Shown here one piece after another: positions 34,790 to 50,009 of a stretch of 64,000 nt of DNA. Position 1 is the first letter of the stretch. Each line of letters opens with the position of its first letter. Made by a program: the position numbers and the translations under genes. The stretch lies in contig VJWM01000063.1 in the NCBI GenBank assembly GCA_010909165.1, forward strand, positions 1,426,001-1,490,000, written 5' to 3'. The notes beneath the pieces are model-generated. The model was not told the DNA's origin and searched no databases. It worked only from the letters and a program-made list of their open reading frames with translations. This DNA comes from Anthoceros angustus (lineage: Eukaryota; Plantae; Anthocerotophyta).

Positions 34790-35530
34790 CAAGCCTGCAT
34801 GCCAAAGAGCATTTCAGTTCGTGAACATTCAAAGCCCGGCCGCACAATCTTCCTAAGTACGTTGTCGGAGAAATGGGATCACAAAGAATGCAACGACGAT
34901 TGCGATTGTAGAAGCATAAGGAGCCAAAGCAAAGATTCGAGTTGCCGAGGCAACGAAGATGCGGAGATTGCAAACATCGGCATCCAGCGCCCATCGGTCC
35001 CCGAGCTCATCGGCCTTGCGACCGAACTGGTAGGTGGGAGAAATACTGTTCCACAAGGTGACATCGGGAATAGAATCACGCATGACAAGCATGGTCGTGA
35101 GTTTTGATCCAAGAAAATCTTGGCGATGCGTGTCCTGGCTGATCAAACCGAAGGTGATTTCACCCGGGGCACCCACCGGTATGGTGCTAGACTTGATGGA
35201 AAGGAGGTCTTGCTCGGGTTGGATCCACCAAACCGATCTTTGCATTGATTCAGACGATGTTGTGAGAACCAGCATTGATAAAGCTCAAGAACTACCACCG
35301 GTTTGGCCTCCAATCGGCGAACAACATTTGGTTGGATGTGGGATTGCTTGGGATCCGCAGGTGAATCGATAAGGTGATTGTGAAGTCGGTGTCGCATAAG
35401 CGCCGCCCGCCAAGTTGGGGTAGCCCAACTTCCGGATATGGGCGTAGCATGACGCGCTGCCCTCGCCGATGTCGTTGTCATGTGCTAGAGAGACCGTGGA
35501 ACCCACAAGGACGGTGCTGCCCACTTTGTT
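34790..35530 (-). pseudogene. Unidentified coding-like remnant in the array unit; 34790-35200 is homologous to 20640-21040
   Basis: Overlapping broken ORFs 34853-35275, 35143-35481 and 35285-35524; family not recognised. Confidence 0.4.
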
Positions 35531-36156
35531 GTAAAGGCGTCGTTGTAGGTGTTGTCAACGACTAGTGCGCCCACTCCGTGGTCGTGTTCAAGTCGATGCA
35601 TTACCACTTCTATCCCATGTTGGAATGGCTAGCTTGCCAATGCCACGCAATACCGAGGCCCAGCCCTTGTAACTTCCAGTGGATGAAGAAACGTAGCAAG
35701 CACAAGGCAAAATTTCAAAGGTCTAAGTGCTATGCCCGTAAAACATCTCTCATCCCACGATGGTGAGACCATTATTGAAGCATTTGTTATGCTCTACAAT
35801 GAAAATGATGCTGAACGTTGAATGAGGACATTTTAAGATTGATACATTATCGGACCACGATCATCCAAATTCCATAAATTTTAATATAGAACATTCGACC
35901 CACTCGCAACATTCAAGTGCAACTCGATTTTCGGAAACATTCAAGCACTGCAATCTTGCCCATCCAGGTCCATAGACGGGCGCATAGGATCCTTGTGTGA
36001 TGCTCCTCACTTTTTCATAGAGAAAGCAGTCTTGTGCACACGGCACAAAGGGCCACTTGCCCAACAAAATGTCCATACATTTGCAACATTATGAATCTAG
36101 CTTTCAGCTCTAGTATCAAGCTTTGTCATGCTTAATCCATTGTGTCGATTCTTACT

Positions 36157-36730
36157 AGAGGGAGGAGAAGGTGCGGATTGTGCTTGTATGAACACATTAT
36201 TCTTTGTGGGGAAGCATTTTAATGCAAGCCAAGCGCCACCATTCAGAGGGTCTCTACATGTTGGGCTTCTCTATTTTGATCGTTGGCATGCTTCTTTCCG
36301 GATAGCATACCGGATAGCTACTAGTGTTACATCGACATCATGGTGTTTCACGTCAGTGTTACAAAATGATGCGATATGTGAGCTCACAAGAAAATCTTAT
36401 GACTCATTTTCAAGGTAAGAGATAGTCTCGCTCTTGGGGTGACTATGTCCCCATATTGTTACACCGACGTGTTGTCCTTGAGATCCTAGTTCTTATCTTC
36501 TTTATATCTAAGTTTTGTGTTACTCGGTTGATTGTAACTACAGGATGCAAGTAAAAACATTCAAGTTGAAGCTTTCTGTTTTAAGGTTTAGCTTTAATTT
36601 TCCGTTTCTTTCTTTTACTTCCAAGCATATGTTGCAGGCCATTTGGTGGCTTAACTCACGTTCATACTCAAAGGCTTCAGGTGTTTGTTGCAAATGCCAG
36701 AAAGCCTGCAGACATTGTGAGCACCGCTGT
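36157..36730 (+). pseudogene. MO25-derived mosaic fragment B (exon 1 end, intron 4, exon 8 part, exon 9, exon 10 start); repeated in each unit, and its 3' half begins the array at 30033-30310
   Basis: AGAGGGAGGAGAAGGTGCGGATT matches 17743-17765; TTTTGATCGTTGGCATGCTTCTTTCCGG matches 18821-18848; GATGCGATATGTGAGCTCA matches 19768-19786; then exon 9 (ACATTCAAGTTGAAGCTTTC) and exon 10 (GTGTTTGTTGCAAATGCCAG..AAGCCTGCAGACATTGTGAGC). Confidence 0.9.
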
Positions 36731-37416
36731 GGTATGTCGCACCTTGTAAGCTGTTGCGGCTTAATTTTGGTAATAAAAAATAAATCGAACATTGGGGGAT
36801 TTTGCAAGGTTCTAATTCCCCTTGAAAATATGTCTTCATCGGGCATGAACTAGCTCAGCGTCATGGTGTTTTTGGTGTTTTATTTAAAAGTTGACTCACA
36901 AAGTTTCTATAGACCGGTTAATCGAAGTTAGAGGACAAAAGCCCTCCAAGGAATCATCCGTTCAAGTGCGCAAGATATCCTCTACGTGATCATATGGTGC
37001 GAAACTTGCTTTCAATTAAGTTTAGACAAGAATGAACCTGTAACTTGAAGGAGAAGTTTTGAAAAATAGATTTGTCTACAAGAAATCCAACGTTTATGTG
37101 TGTTAAAGTGTAAGCAAGTTGTACACAAGTTTCATCTCAAACGAATGTATGGATGTATTTATTTATTTGGCCTACTATATTTTTTGTTAGGATAAATAAA
37201 ATAGATCAATCATAATTTATGATAGAAACTAGAAATACATCTACTCGTCAAGTATCGGTTTTGATGATGTATATGAAAAGGCTAGAGCTTTGTCACCAAA
37301 TTACGTTGATTTAAAATCAAACAAATCGACATTACAACATTACTTTTTGTAAGCCCAAACAGCTGGATGCAAATTAAGAAAAATAGCCCCTTTCTTGAGG
37401 ATTACGGATAATCTGG

Positions 37417-39319
37417 TTAATAACCAGGCCACCAAAAACATCCAAGTACCTCCGCTAAACAATCACTACCTTCATTATCATAAAAGATTTTGTAGTCATA
37501 TTGTTGAGGATCCGTTGTTAAGAAGTATAGGCCTTTTGCATCACGTGGGATGAGATTATTATGCCCATCGGCCACTATAGTGTGCATTGACCATGTGGGC
37601 TGGTACATCATTTACTCCACATGCTTTGGTCCGTGTGAACCAAATCGTCCATTCCCCATCACTACGTGTGTTGTGGACTTCCCATTAGTGTTTCACCTCC
37701 CATTGCATTTCGTTCAAGCATCTGCAAAAGACCTTCAGATAGATATTATTTGGCCAATAACCTACAGCTATGCCCTCGATATACTGATCCTGCGGTGGCA
37801 CTAGCTCATATCACAAATCAACCCAATTTGTAAATAGGGTGAATGAACTTGCCACATTGGACAAATACATTAAAAACTATTCAAAGCTCTTGAAATAAAG
37901 AAGAATAGAATGATATAGTTATATATCACGATACCTTGTTAATGCCAAGAGCATGCTTGTGCCATCATAATTACCGACAAAACCACCACCAAGGACATAG
38001 GTTGCATCGGTTTGAATAAATCCAGGCATTGTAGATTGAAGCATCCTGTTGTTTGATAATTATCTGAACTTAACACAACACTTTATATTAGCTACGAAGT
38101 TTGAACTAACATGCATTACTAGTGAAGGAATGTTGCTTCCATAGGAATCACTTCATCCAATAAATAAACAAATGAGGTTGTGCATCCGAAAACATTAATG
38201 GTTCCACCTATTTTTGAAGAAACAAGAAATTTCAAATGTTAGGTGCCTTCCACCAAAACGTTATTATATTTCTTGGATTATAAAACTCTTTTGAGATTTG
38301 ATTGATATGTTTATAATACTATAACATAAAGCAACATACTTACAATCCACCACTTCACCACGGTTATTATTGCCTCGATGCTATAACCCAAATTTGCGAG
38401 ATTGTACCATCTTGGTTTGTCATATCGACGAGGATTCCAAAGACTAATCACGTTCCACCTCCATTCCACTTTCCCGGACTTGAAGCAACGACATATCGCA
38501 TTTTATATCTACATATGTTAATGAATCTTGCATGCTTGTGTATGCGTATTTAACAATAGCTTCATGCTTGCTACATTGATCTATCTAGTTCTCATTATCA
38601 TGAGGACTTCATGGTTTGAGGTACTTACATGATGCGTGACCGATTGAACTTGGCCTAGAGCTCTTTTTGCGGCTTCGTATTTACTTTGTGCACGTTATCT
38701 CCTTTGCTTGCACGTAGAATAGGTATAGTACCTTCCGGACACGAACCAACTTCATGTTGATAGGCGTCTTGCGATGTATGGTTGTGATTCGCCTTTTGAG
38801 TTGATGTTGATGGTTTCTACGTACGTGGAGCTATTTTAGATCTTGAGCATCAAATGAAGACAAAGTATGCTAATGTTATAGTTACATGTTTGAAATGAAA
38901 GCCATAACGAAAGCACACTTACTTGAATCACATGATCCTTAAAGCGTGGATCTCGTAGTGTTAGTTGGTGCTCAATCTTCACGCAATCTACTATCGAACC
39001 ATCTAGCTGGAATCAATTCAAACATAAAAATAGCGAGTCGGTTTAAGATACTAATGCAAAGAATGGTCAAGCCTAAAAAAAAACCTTAGAACCTTTAGTT
39101 AATATGAATAAAAATTCCCAATCAACAAGAATTGGGGAATCGATTTAAAATCTCACAAATTAAAGGAAAGTAAAAACATACGTTGTGTGTTTGGACAAAT
39201 GGCAATGTACCATCTTTTGAAATAAAAGCTTTCCTTTGTGCCTCAACCAACGCTTTTGCTTCCATAGCTAAAAGGAACAAGAAGCTTGCCAATAGTAGGA
39301 TTAGCCAAGTGTTAGACAT
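37417..39319 (-). CDS. Neprosin-family peptidase, copy 2
   Basis: Same motifs as copy 1; ORF 39122-39319 gives the signal-peptide exon. Confidence 0.8.
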
Positions 39320-42300
39320 GGTGTGAACTAGTCTTCACTAGGAAGTCTCACAAAGAAAAGGAGCTTGAACATGAACTTGTAGCTAATTTAGAACAACTTT
39401 AACTCGGACAATAATGTGAATAAGAGTGAAGCACACACACACACATATATAGACCATATCTAAAATTATTTCTTGAACTTATCTCTTGGTATACAATTGA
39501 TCTTGATACATATATGTACACATGCATGTATGCCCTTGATTCTTGAATTAGTTATGGATACAGGAAAATGCCCATGCGTGATAGAAGCCAGCCTGATTTT
39601 TCTCTTAAGCAGAATGGGCGACTCTTGCGACTAATTTGTTGCAATTCATTAATATTGTGAAGCGCTTTTCCGCTTACAAGTTTGGTGATAAAACACTACC
39701 CAAAAGTTTTAGTGTTTGAAGTTTGCCAAGGCATCATGAGCTCTGTCATATCCAAAGGTCCTTACCCAAGCCTGCTACCATTTCTATAGACTATCTCGCA
39801 TGTTGGGCTTCCCTATTTTGATCATTGGCACGATCCTTTGCGGACATCATACGCTAATAGCTACCAATATTTTACATTACATCATGGTGTTTTGTATGTA
39901 CATTCTCATGCCATATGTGAGCTTCCAAGAAAATCTCGTTACCCTTATGACCCTTTTTGAAGGTAAGCAATAGCTATGCTCTCCGGCCGACAATGTGCGA
40001 ACTGATGATGTGTGTCCTTGAAATCTTAGTTCAGATTTAAGCTTAGTTTCCACATTGAAGGTTTGTGTTATTTTGATAATACAAGTATCTCGGCATGCAT
40101 ATAGTGTGATGACGACAAAGGAAATTGGCAATGAGGTGATTTTGCAATTCCTACCTCGGACTCGACACTCAACACACTTGAATGCTGCGGTGGCTCAACT
40201 TCTCAATTGGAATGGAATGTCGATGATGGTGGTATGATGTATCAATTTCCCATGTCCTCATTTTAAATGTCACAAACTTTCTAACGTTATTATGGATTTG
40301 GTCATAATGAGTCTTCATGTTGTAGAGGATTTGTTTGGGCATAAACACAAATCTTTATGACGGTCTCACTGTTGGTTAGATGTAAGCCCTAAAGGACGAA
40401 TCTACTCAAATTGAGTGGTTATGCATGCGTTTTGGGCCTGTGTTTTTCCACATCCATTTTTACGTGGACCTTTGAGCATATGTGCCTCGGCAATGTGGAG
40501 AACATGTAGATTTTTAGAGCGGACAAAGCGAACACCATCTCCATGCCCAGGTGAGCTTGAAGGGAGATTCTGAAGATGCGTGGAACAAAGCCGGTACATG
40601 CGTGGAGGGCCCGGCCATCACAATGGCCCCTCTTCTTGAGCCTAGCTAGAGCCCTCGCTAGACCGTGGTCGATAAGGCCTCAACAACGTGACGCACGGCA
40701 ATATCCGGTCGTCGAGTGCGTGTTGCCGGTTGTTTAGGTCGATCGATGTGTTTTTAGAAATGGAGGTCACCGCATAGCTTAGTAGGACTAGCCCAATTTT
40801 TCTTTGGAAAATGTGATGGCCATGCTCTTGACTTTCAATTGTGCTCATTTTTGTGACAATGTCCATGGCCTTGCTAAGAATTCAATCCGTGATGAAGTTT
40901 GCTCAACCCAAGTCCTTGTCATTCTGCGCCACAAGTGAGGATGCTGCTTTGGCCTTGTGACCTGAAGGGTCAAAGGGCATTGGAAATTTGTGGAAATGTC
41001 ATATAAGGCATTGCCTTGTTTCAAAAGAGATGAGCGTATACATGCAAGCGTACCGGTGGTCATTGTGAGAGTGAGACCAGTAAATGATTTTTTAAAAATA
41101 AAATATACATAAATACATGATATTCACCGAATGCGGAAAATGGACTTAGTCCTTTAGGAGTTGAATTCAAGCCGCATGCCAAAGAGCATTTCAGTTCGTG
41201 AACATTCAAAGCCGGTGCACAATCTTCCTAAGTACGTTGTCGATGAGAAATGGGATCACAAAGAATGCAACGATTGCGATTGTAGAAGCATAAGGAGCCA
41301 AAGCAAAGATTCGAGTTGCCGAGGCAACGAAGATGCGGAGATTGCAAACATCGGCATCCGGCCACGGTCCCGAGCTCATCGGCCTTGCGACCAACCGTAG
41401 GTGGAGAAATCATTCCACAAGGTGACATCGGAATAGAATCACGCGCGGCAAGCATGGTCGTGAGTTTTGATCCAAGAAAATCTTGGCGGCGTGTTCGATC
41501 AAGCGAAGGGTGACTTGACCCGTGCACCCACCGGTATGGTGCTAGACTTGATGGAAAGGAGGTCTTGCTCGGGTTGGATCCACCAAACGGATCATGATTG
41601 ACCGATGTTGTGAGAACCAGCATTGATAAAGCTCAAGAACTACCGGTTTGGCCTCCAATCGGAACAACATTTGGTTGGATGTGGGATTGCTTGGGATCCG
41701 CAGGTGAATCAAGGTGATTGTGAATGGTGTATTACACCGACAAGTTGGGGTAGCCCAACTCCGGATATGGGCGTAGCATGATGCGCGGCCCCTCGCTGCC
41801 GATGTCGTTGTCATGTGCTAGAGAGACCGTGGAACCCTGGACGGTGATGCTGCCCACTTTGTTGTAAAGACGCGTGCTGTAGGTGTTGTCAACGACTAGT
41901 GCGCCACTCGTGCGTGTTCAAGTCGATGCATTACCACTTCTATCCCATGTTGGAATGGCTAGCTTGCCAATGCCACGCAATACCCGAGGCCCACCAGCCC
42001 CTTGTAACTTCCAGTGGATGAAGAAACGTAGCAAGCACAAGGCAAAATTTCAAAGGTCTAAGTGCTATGCCCGTAAAACATCTCTCATCCCACGATGGTG
42101 AGACCATTATTGAAGCATTTGTTATGCTCTAGTGAGAAAATGATGCTCAGAACGTTAATGAGGACATTTTAAGATTGATACATTATCGACCACGATCATC
42201 CAAATTCCATAAATTTTAATATAGAACATTCGACCCACTCGCAACATTCAAGTGCAACTCAGATTTTGCGGAAACATTCAAGCACAAGCAATCTTGCCCA

Positions 42301-43726
42301 TCCAGGTCCATAGATAGCGCATAGGATCCTTGTGTGATGCTCCTCACTTTTTCATAGAAAGCAGTCTTGTGCACACGGCACAAAGGGCCACTTGCCCAAC
42401 AAAATGTCCATACATTTGCAACATTATGAATCTAGCTTTCAGCTCTAGTATCAAGCTTTGTCATGCTTAATCCATTGTGTCCGATTCTTACTAGAGGGGA
42501 GGAGAAGGTGCGGATTGTGCTTGTATGAACACATTGTCGTGGGATGCATTTTAATGCAAGCAAGCGCCACCATTCTAGGGTCTCTACATGTTGGGCTTCT
42601 CTATTTTGATCGTTGGCATGCTTCTTTCCGGATAGCATATCCGATAGCTACTAGTGTTACATCGACATCATGGTGTTTCACGGTCCGGTGTTACAAAATG
42701 ATGATGCGATATGTGAGCTCACAAGAAAATCTTATGACTCATTTTCAAGGTAAGAGATAGTCGCTCTTGGTCCCTATCACATATTATTACGACGTGTTGT
42801 CCTTGAGATCCTAGTTCTTATCTTCTTTATATCTAAGTTTTGTGTTACTCGGTTGATTGTAACTGAGGATGCAAGCAAAACATTCAAGTTGAAGCTTTCC
42901 TGTTTTAAGGTTTAGCTTTAATTTTCCGTTTCTTTCTTTTACTTCCAAGCATATGTTGCAGGCCATTTGGTGGCTTAACTCACGCTCATACTCAAAGGCT
43001 TGGTGTTTGTTGCAAATGCTAGTAAGCTGCAGACATTGTGAGCAATCACCTGTGGTATGTCGCACCTTGTAAGCTGCGGCTTAATTTTGGTAATAAAAAT
43101 AAATCGAACATTGGGGATTTTGCAAGGTTCTAATTCCTTAAAAATATGTCTTCATCGGGCATGAACCATTTCATATGGTGTTTTGGTGTTTTATTTAAAA
43201 GTTGACTCACAAAGTTTCTATAGACCGGTTAATCGAGTTAGAGGACAAAAGCCCTCCAAGGAATCATCCGTTCTTTGAAGTGCAAGATATCCCTCTACGT
43301 GATCATATGGTGCGAAACTTGCTTTCAATTAAGTTTAGACAAGAATGAACCTGTAACTTGAAGGAGAAGTTTTGAAAAAATAGATTTGTCTACAAGAAAT
43401 CCAACGTTTATGTGTGTTAAAGTGTAAGCAAGTTGTACACAAGTTTCATCTCAAACGAATGGATGTATTTATTTATTTTGGCCTACTATATTTTTTGTTA
43501 GGATAAATAAAAATAGATCAATCATAATTTATGATAGAAACTAGAAATACATCTACTCGTTCAAGTATCGGTTTTGATGATGTATATGAAAAGGCTATAG
43601 CTTTGTCACCAAATTACGTTGATTTAAAATCAAACAAATCGACATTACAACATTACTTTTTTGTAAGCCCAAACAGTGGATGCAAATTAAGAAAAATAGC
43701 CCCTTTCTTGATTACGGATAATCTGG

Positions 43727-45624
43727 TTAATAACTGAGGCCACCAAAACATCCAAGTACCTCCGGCTAAACAATCACTACCTTCATTATCATAAAAGATT
43801 TTGTAGTCATATTGTTGAGGATCCGTTGTTAAGTATAGGCCTTTTGCATCACGTGGGATGAGATTATTATGCCCATCGGCCACTATAGTGTGCATTGCAG
43901 CCATGTGGGCTGGTACATCATTTACTCCACATGTTGGTCCGTGGCCGTCAGACCAAATCGTCCATTCCCCATCACTACGTGTGGTGGGACTTCCCATTAG
44001 TGTTTCACCTCCCATTGCATTTCGGTAAGAGCCCATCTACAAAAGACCTTCAGATAGATATTATTTGGCCAATAACCTACTATGCCCTCGATATACACCA
44101 CACATGCGGTGGCACTTATCACAAATCAACCCAATTTGTAAATAGGGTGAATGAACTTGCCACATTGGACAAATACATTAAAACTATTCAAAGCTCTTGA
44201 AATAAAGAAGAATAGAATGATATAGTTATATATCACGATACCTTGTTAATGCCAAGAGCATGCTTGTGCCATCATAATTACCGACAAAACCACCACCAAG
44301 GACATAGGTTGCATCGGTTTGAATAAATCCAGGCATTGTAGATTGAAGCATCCTGTTGTTTGATAATTATCATTGTATTAACACACAACACTTTATATTA
44401 GCTACGGTTTGAACTAACATGCATTACTAGTGAAGGAATGTTGCTTCCATAGGAATCACTTCATCCAATAAATAAACAAATGAGGTTGTGCATCCGAAAA
44501 CATTAATGGTTCCACCTATTTTTGAAGAAACAAGAAATTTCAAATGTTAGGTGCCTTCCACCAAAACGTTATTATATTTTCTTGGATTATAAAACTCTTT
44601 TGAGATTTGATTGATATGTTTATAATACTATAACATAAAGCAACATACTTACAATCCACCCACTTCAGTATTACGGTTATTATTGCCGATGCTATAACCC
44701 AAATTTGCGATTGTACCATCTTGGTTTGTCATATCGACGAGGATTCCAAAGACTAATCGCGTTCCACCTCCATTCCACTTTCCGGACTTGAAGCAACGAC
44801 ATACCGCATTTTATATCTACATATGTTAATGAATCTTGCATGCTTGTAATATTTAACAATAGCTTCATGCTTGCTACATTGATCTATCTAGTTCTCATTA
44901 TCATGAGGACTTCATGGTTTGAGGTACTTACATGATGCGTGACCGATTGAACTTGGCCTAGAGCTCTTTTTGCGGCTTCGTATTTACTTTGTGCACGTTA
45001 TCTCCTTTGCTTGCACGTAGAATAGGTATAGTACCTTACGGACACGAACCAACTTCATGTTGATAATGCATCGCCACGTGTTGCGGTAACATAGTTGTGA
45101 TTCGCCTTTTGAGTTGATGTTGATGGTTTCTCATAGTCGTGGAGCTATTTTAGATCTTGAGCATCAAATGAAGACAAAGTATGCTAATGTTATAGTTACA
45201 TCTTTTGAAATAAAATACAGCACACTTACTTGAATCACATGATCCTTAAAGCGTGGATCTCGTAGTGTTAGTTGGTGCTCAATCTTCACGCAATCTACTA
45301 TCGAACCATCCGTAGCTGGAATCAATTCAAACATAAAAATAGTCAGTTTAAGATACTAATGCAAAGAATGGTCAAGCCTAAAAAAAAAACCTTAGAACCT
45401 TTAGTTAATATGAATAAAAATTCCCAATCAACAAGAATTGGGGAATCGATTTAAAATCTCACAAATTAAAGGAAAGTAAAAACATACGTTGTGTGTTTGG
45501 ACAAATGGCAATGTACCATCTTTTGAAATAAAAGCTTTCCTTTGTGCCTCAACCAACGCTTTGCTTCCATAGCTAAAAGGAACAAGAAGCTTGCCAATAG
45601 TAGGATTAGCCAAGTGTTAGACAT
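43727..45624 (-). CDS. Neprosin-family peptidase, copy 3
   Basis: Array copy; ORF 43653-44036 carries the C-terminal domain. Confidence 0.8.
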
Positions 45625-48600
45625 GGTGTGAACTAGTCTTCACTAGGAAGTCTCACAAAGGAGCTTGAACATGAACTTGTAGCTAATTTAGAACAACTTT
45701 AACTCGGACAATAATGTGAATAAGAGTGAAGCACACACACACATATATAGACCATATCTAAAATTATTTCTTGAACTTATCTCTTGGTATACAATTGATC
45801 TTGATACATATATGTACACATGCATACATGCATTCTTTGAATTAGTTATGGATACAGGGAAAATGCCCATGCGTGATAGAAGCCCAGCCTGATTTTCTCT
45901 TAAGCTTCAGATGGGCGCAGCTCTTGCGACTAGGTACATTTGCAATTCAGCTAATATTGTGAAGCGCTTTTCCGCCAAGTTTGGTGATAAAACACTACCC
46001 AAAAGTTTTAGTGTTTGAAGTTTGCCAAGGCATCATGAGCTCATCATATCCAAAGGTCCTTACCCAAGCCTGCTACCATTTCTATAGACTATCGCATGTT
46101 GGGCTTCCCTATTTTGATCATTGGCACGATCCTTTGCGGACATCATACGCTAATAGCTACCAATATTTTACATTACATCATGGTGTTGCAATGTATGTAC
46201 ATTCTCATGCCATATGTGAGCTTCCAAGAAAATCTCGTTACCCTTATGACCCTTTTGAAGGTAAGCAATAGCTATGCTCTCCGGCCGACAATGTGGCGCA
46301 TCACATTGATGTGTGTCCTTGAAATCTTGGTTCTCGATATTTAGCTTAGTTTCCACATTGAAGGTTTGTGTTATTTTGATAATACAGATTATCGGCATGC
46401 ATATAGTGTGATAGGCGACAAAGGAAATTGGCAATGAGGTGATTTTGCAATTCCTACCCTCGACGACACTCAACACACTTGAATGCTGCGGTGGCTCAAC
46501 TTCTCAATTGGAGTGGAATGTCGATGATGGTGGTATGATGTATCAATTTCCCATGTCCTCATTTTAAATGTCACAAACTTTCTAACGTTATTATGGATTT
46601 GGTCATAATGAGTCTTCATGTTGTAGAGGATTTGTTTGGGCATAAACACAAATCTTTATGACGGTCTCACTGCTGGTTAGATGTAAGCCCTAAAGGAATA
46701 ATCTACTCAAATTGAGTGGTTGTTGTAGCGTTTTGGGCCCTCATGTTTTTCCACATCCATTTTTACGTCGGACCTTTGAGCATATGTGCCTGCAATGTGG
46801 AGAACATGTAGATTTTTTAGAGCGGACCAACACCATCTCCATGCCCAGTGAGCTTGAAGGGAGATTCTGTAAGATGCGTGGAACAAAGCTGTACATGCTG
46901 AGGCCCACCATCACAATGGCCTCTTCTTGAGCCACGAGCTAGAGCCCTCGCTGGGCCGTGGTCGATAAGGCCTCAACAACCTTGATGGCCACGGCAATAT
47001 CCGGTCGTCACGGTGCGTGTTGCAGTTGTTTAGGTCTGATCGATGTGTTTTTAGAAATGGAGGTCAGCATAGCTTAGTAGGACTAGCCCAATTTTTCTTT
47101 GGAAAATGTGATGGCCATGCTCTTGACTTTCAATTGTGCTCATTTTTGTGACAATGTCCATGGCCTTGCTAAGAATTCAATCCGTGATGAAGTTTGCTCA
47201 ACCCAAGTCCTTGTCATTCTGCAAGCCTGTGAGGATGCTCGCCTGCCTTGTGACCTGAAGGGTCAAAGGGCATTGGAAATTTGTGGAAATGTCATATAAG
47301 GCATTGCCTTGTTTCAAAAGAGATGAGCGATACATACATGCGTGCACGGTGGTCATTGTGAGAGTGAGACCAGGTAAAGCAGTTTTTTTAAAAATAAAAT
47401 ATACATAAATACATGATATTCACCGACGTAAATGGACTTCGTCCTTTAGGAGTTGAATTCCATGGCAGCATGCCAAAGAGCATTTCAGTTCGTGAACATT
47501 CAAAGCCCGGGGGCCACAATCTTCCTAAGTACGTTGTCGGCGGAGAAAATGGGGATCACAAAGAATGCAACGACGATTGCGATTGTAGAAGCATAAGGAG
47601 CCAAAGCAAAGATTCGAGTTGCCGAGGCAAGATGCGGAGATTGCAAACATCGGCATCCGCGCCCACGGTCCCGAGCTCATCGGCCTTGCGACCGAGGCGG
47701 TAGGTGGAGAAATCATTCCACAAGGTGACATCGGAATAGAATCACGCATGACAAGCATGGTCGTGAGTTTTTGATCCAAGAAAATCTTGGCAAAGGCGTG
47801 TCATCGATCAAACGAAGGGTGACTTCGACCGAGCAACCGTATGGTGCTGACTTGATGGAAAGGAGGTCTTGCTCGGGTTGGATCCACCAAACCGGATCGC
47901 CGCAGATTCAAGACGATGTTGTGAGAACCAGCATTGATAAAGCTCAAGAACTACCATCGGGTTTGGCCTCCAATCGGCGAACAACATTTGGTTGGATGTG
48001 GGATTGCTTGGGATCCGCAGGTGAATCGAAGGTGATTGTGAAGTCGGTGTCGCATAAGCGCACCGCCAGTTGGGGAACCCGATATATGGGCGTGACGCGC
48101 TGCCCTCGCCGATGTCGTTGTCATGTGCTAGAGAGACCGTGGAACCCACAAGGGGTGTGCTGCCCACTTTGTTGTAAAGGCGCTGTAGGTGTTGTCACTA
48201 GTCGCCCTGGTGTTCAAGTCGATGCATTACCACTTCTATCCCATGTTGGAATGGCTAGCTTGCCAATGCCACGCAATGCAGGCCCACCCCTTGTAACTTC
48301 CGGCTGGATGAAGAAACGTAAGCACAAGGCAAAATTTCAAAGGTCTAAGTGCTATGCCCGTAAAACATCTCTCATCCCACGATGGTGAGACCATTATTGA
48401 AGCATTTGTTATGCTCTATGAGAAAATGATGCTCAGAACGTTCGAATGAGGACATTTTAAGATTGATACATTATCGACCACGATCATCCAAATTCCATAA
48501 ATTTTAATATAGAACATTCACCACTCGCAACATTCAAGTGCAACCTCGATTTTGCGGAAACATTCAAGCACAAGCAATCTTGCCCATCCAGGTCCATAGG

Positions 48601-50009
48601 CGGATAGGATCCTTGTGTGATGCTCCTCACTTTTTCATAGAGAAGCAGTCTTGTGCACACGGCACAAAGGGCCACTTGCCCAACAAAATGTCCATACATT
48701 TGCAACATTATGAATCTAGCTTTCAGCTCTAGTATCAAGCTTTGTCATGCTTAATCCATTGTGTCGATTCTTACTAGAGGGAGGAGAAGGTGCGGATTGT
48801 GCTTGTATGAACACATTATTGTCGTGGGGCGCAAGCATTTTAATGCAAGCGCCACCACCATTAGGGTCTCTACATGTTGGGCTTCTCTATTTTGATCGTT
48901 GGCATGCTTCTTTCCGGATAGCATATCCGATAGCTACTAGTGTTACGCCGACATCATGGTGTTTCACGTCCGGTGTTACAAAATGATGCGATATGTGAGC
49001 TCACAAGAAAATCTTATGACTCATTTTCAAGGTAAGAGATAGTACGCTCTTGGGCTGACTATGTCCCCACATATTATTACTTCGACGTGTTGTCCTTCGA
49101 GATCCTAATTCTTGTTATCTTCTTTATATCTAAGTTTTGTGTTACTCGGTTGATTGTAATTACAGGATGCAAGCAAAACATTCAAGTTGAAGCTTTCCCT
49201 GTTTTAAGGTTTAGCTTTAATTTTCCGTTTCTTTCTTTTACTTAAGCATATATTTGCCATTTGGTGGCTTAACTCACGTTCATACTCAAAGGCTTCAGTG
49301 TTTGTTGCAATGCTAGTAAGCCTGTGACATTGTGAGCACCTGGTCGCACCTTGTAAGTCAAGCTTAATTTTGGTAATAAAAATAAATCGAACATTGGGGA
49401 TTTTGCAAGGTTCTAATTCTTAAAATATGTCTTCATCGGGCATGAACCAAATTTCAGTCATGGTGTTTTGGTGTTTTATTTAAAGTTGACTCACAAAGTT
49501 TCTATAGACCGTTAATCGAAGTTAGAGGACAAAAGCCTCCAAGGAATCATCCCGTTCAAGTGCATAGATATCCCTCTACGTGATCATATGGTGCTAAACT
49601 TGCTTTCAATTAAGTTTTGACAAGAATGAACCTGTAACTTGAAGGAGAAGTTTTGAAAAATAGATTTGTCTACAAGAAATCCAACGCTTATGTGTGTTAA
49701 AGTGTAAGCAAGTTGTACACAAGTTTCATCTCAAAGCGATATACGGATGTATTTATTTATTTTGGCCTACTATATTTTTTGTTAGGATAAATAAAATAGA
49801 TCAATCATAATTTATGATAGAAACTAGAAATACATCTACTCGTTCAAGTATCGGTTTTGATGATGTATATGAAAAGGCTATAGCTTTGTCACCAAATTAC
49901 GTTGATTTAAAATCAAACAAATCGACATTACAACATTACTTTTTGTAAGCCCAAAGCAAATGGATGCAAATTAAGAAAAATAGCCCCTTCTTGATTACGG
50001 ATAATCTGG

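Noticed and set aside
35143-35524. Dynamin-like or CH-domain-like hints (HLRIPSNP..; IRKLGYPNL)
   Set aside because: Only a few residues in different frames; no diagnostic motif.
30033-36450. Array unit as a Helitron or TIR transposon
   Set aside because: No convincing terminal hairpin plus CTRR, TIRs, TSDs or transposase found by eye; kept only as a hypothesis.
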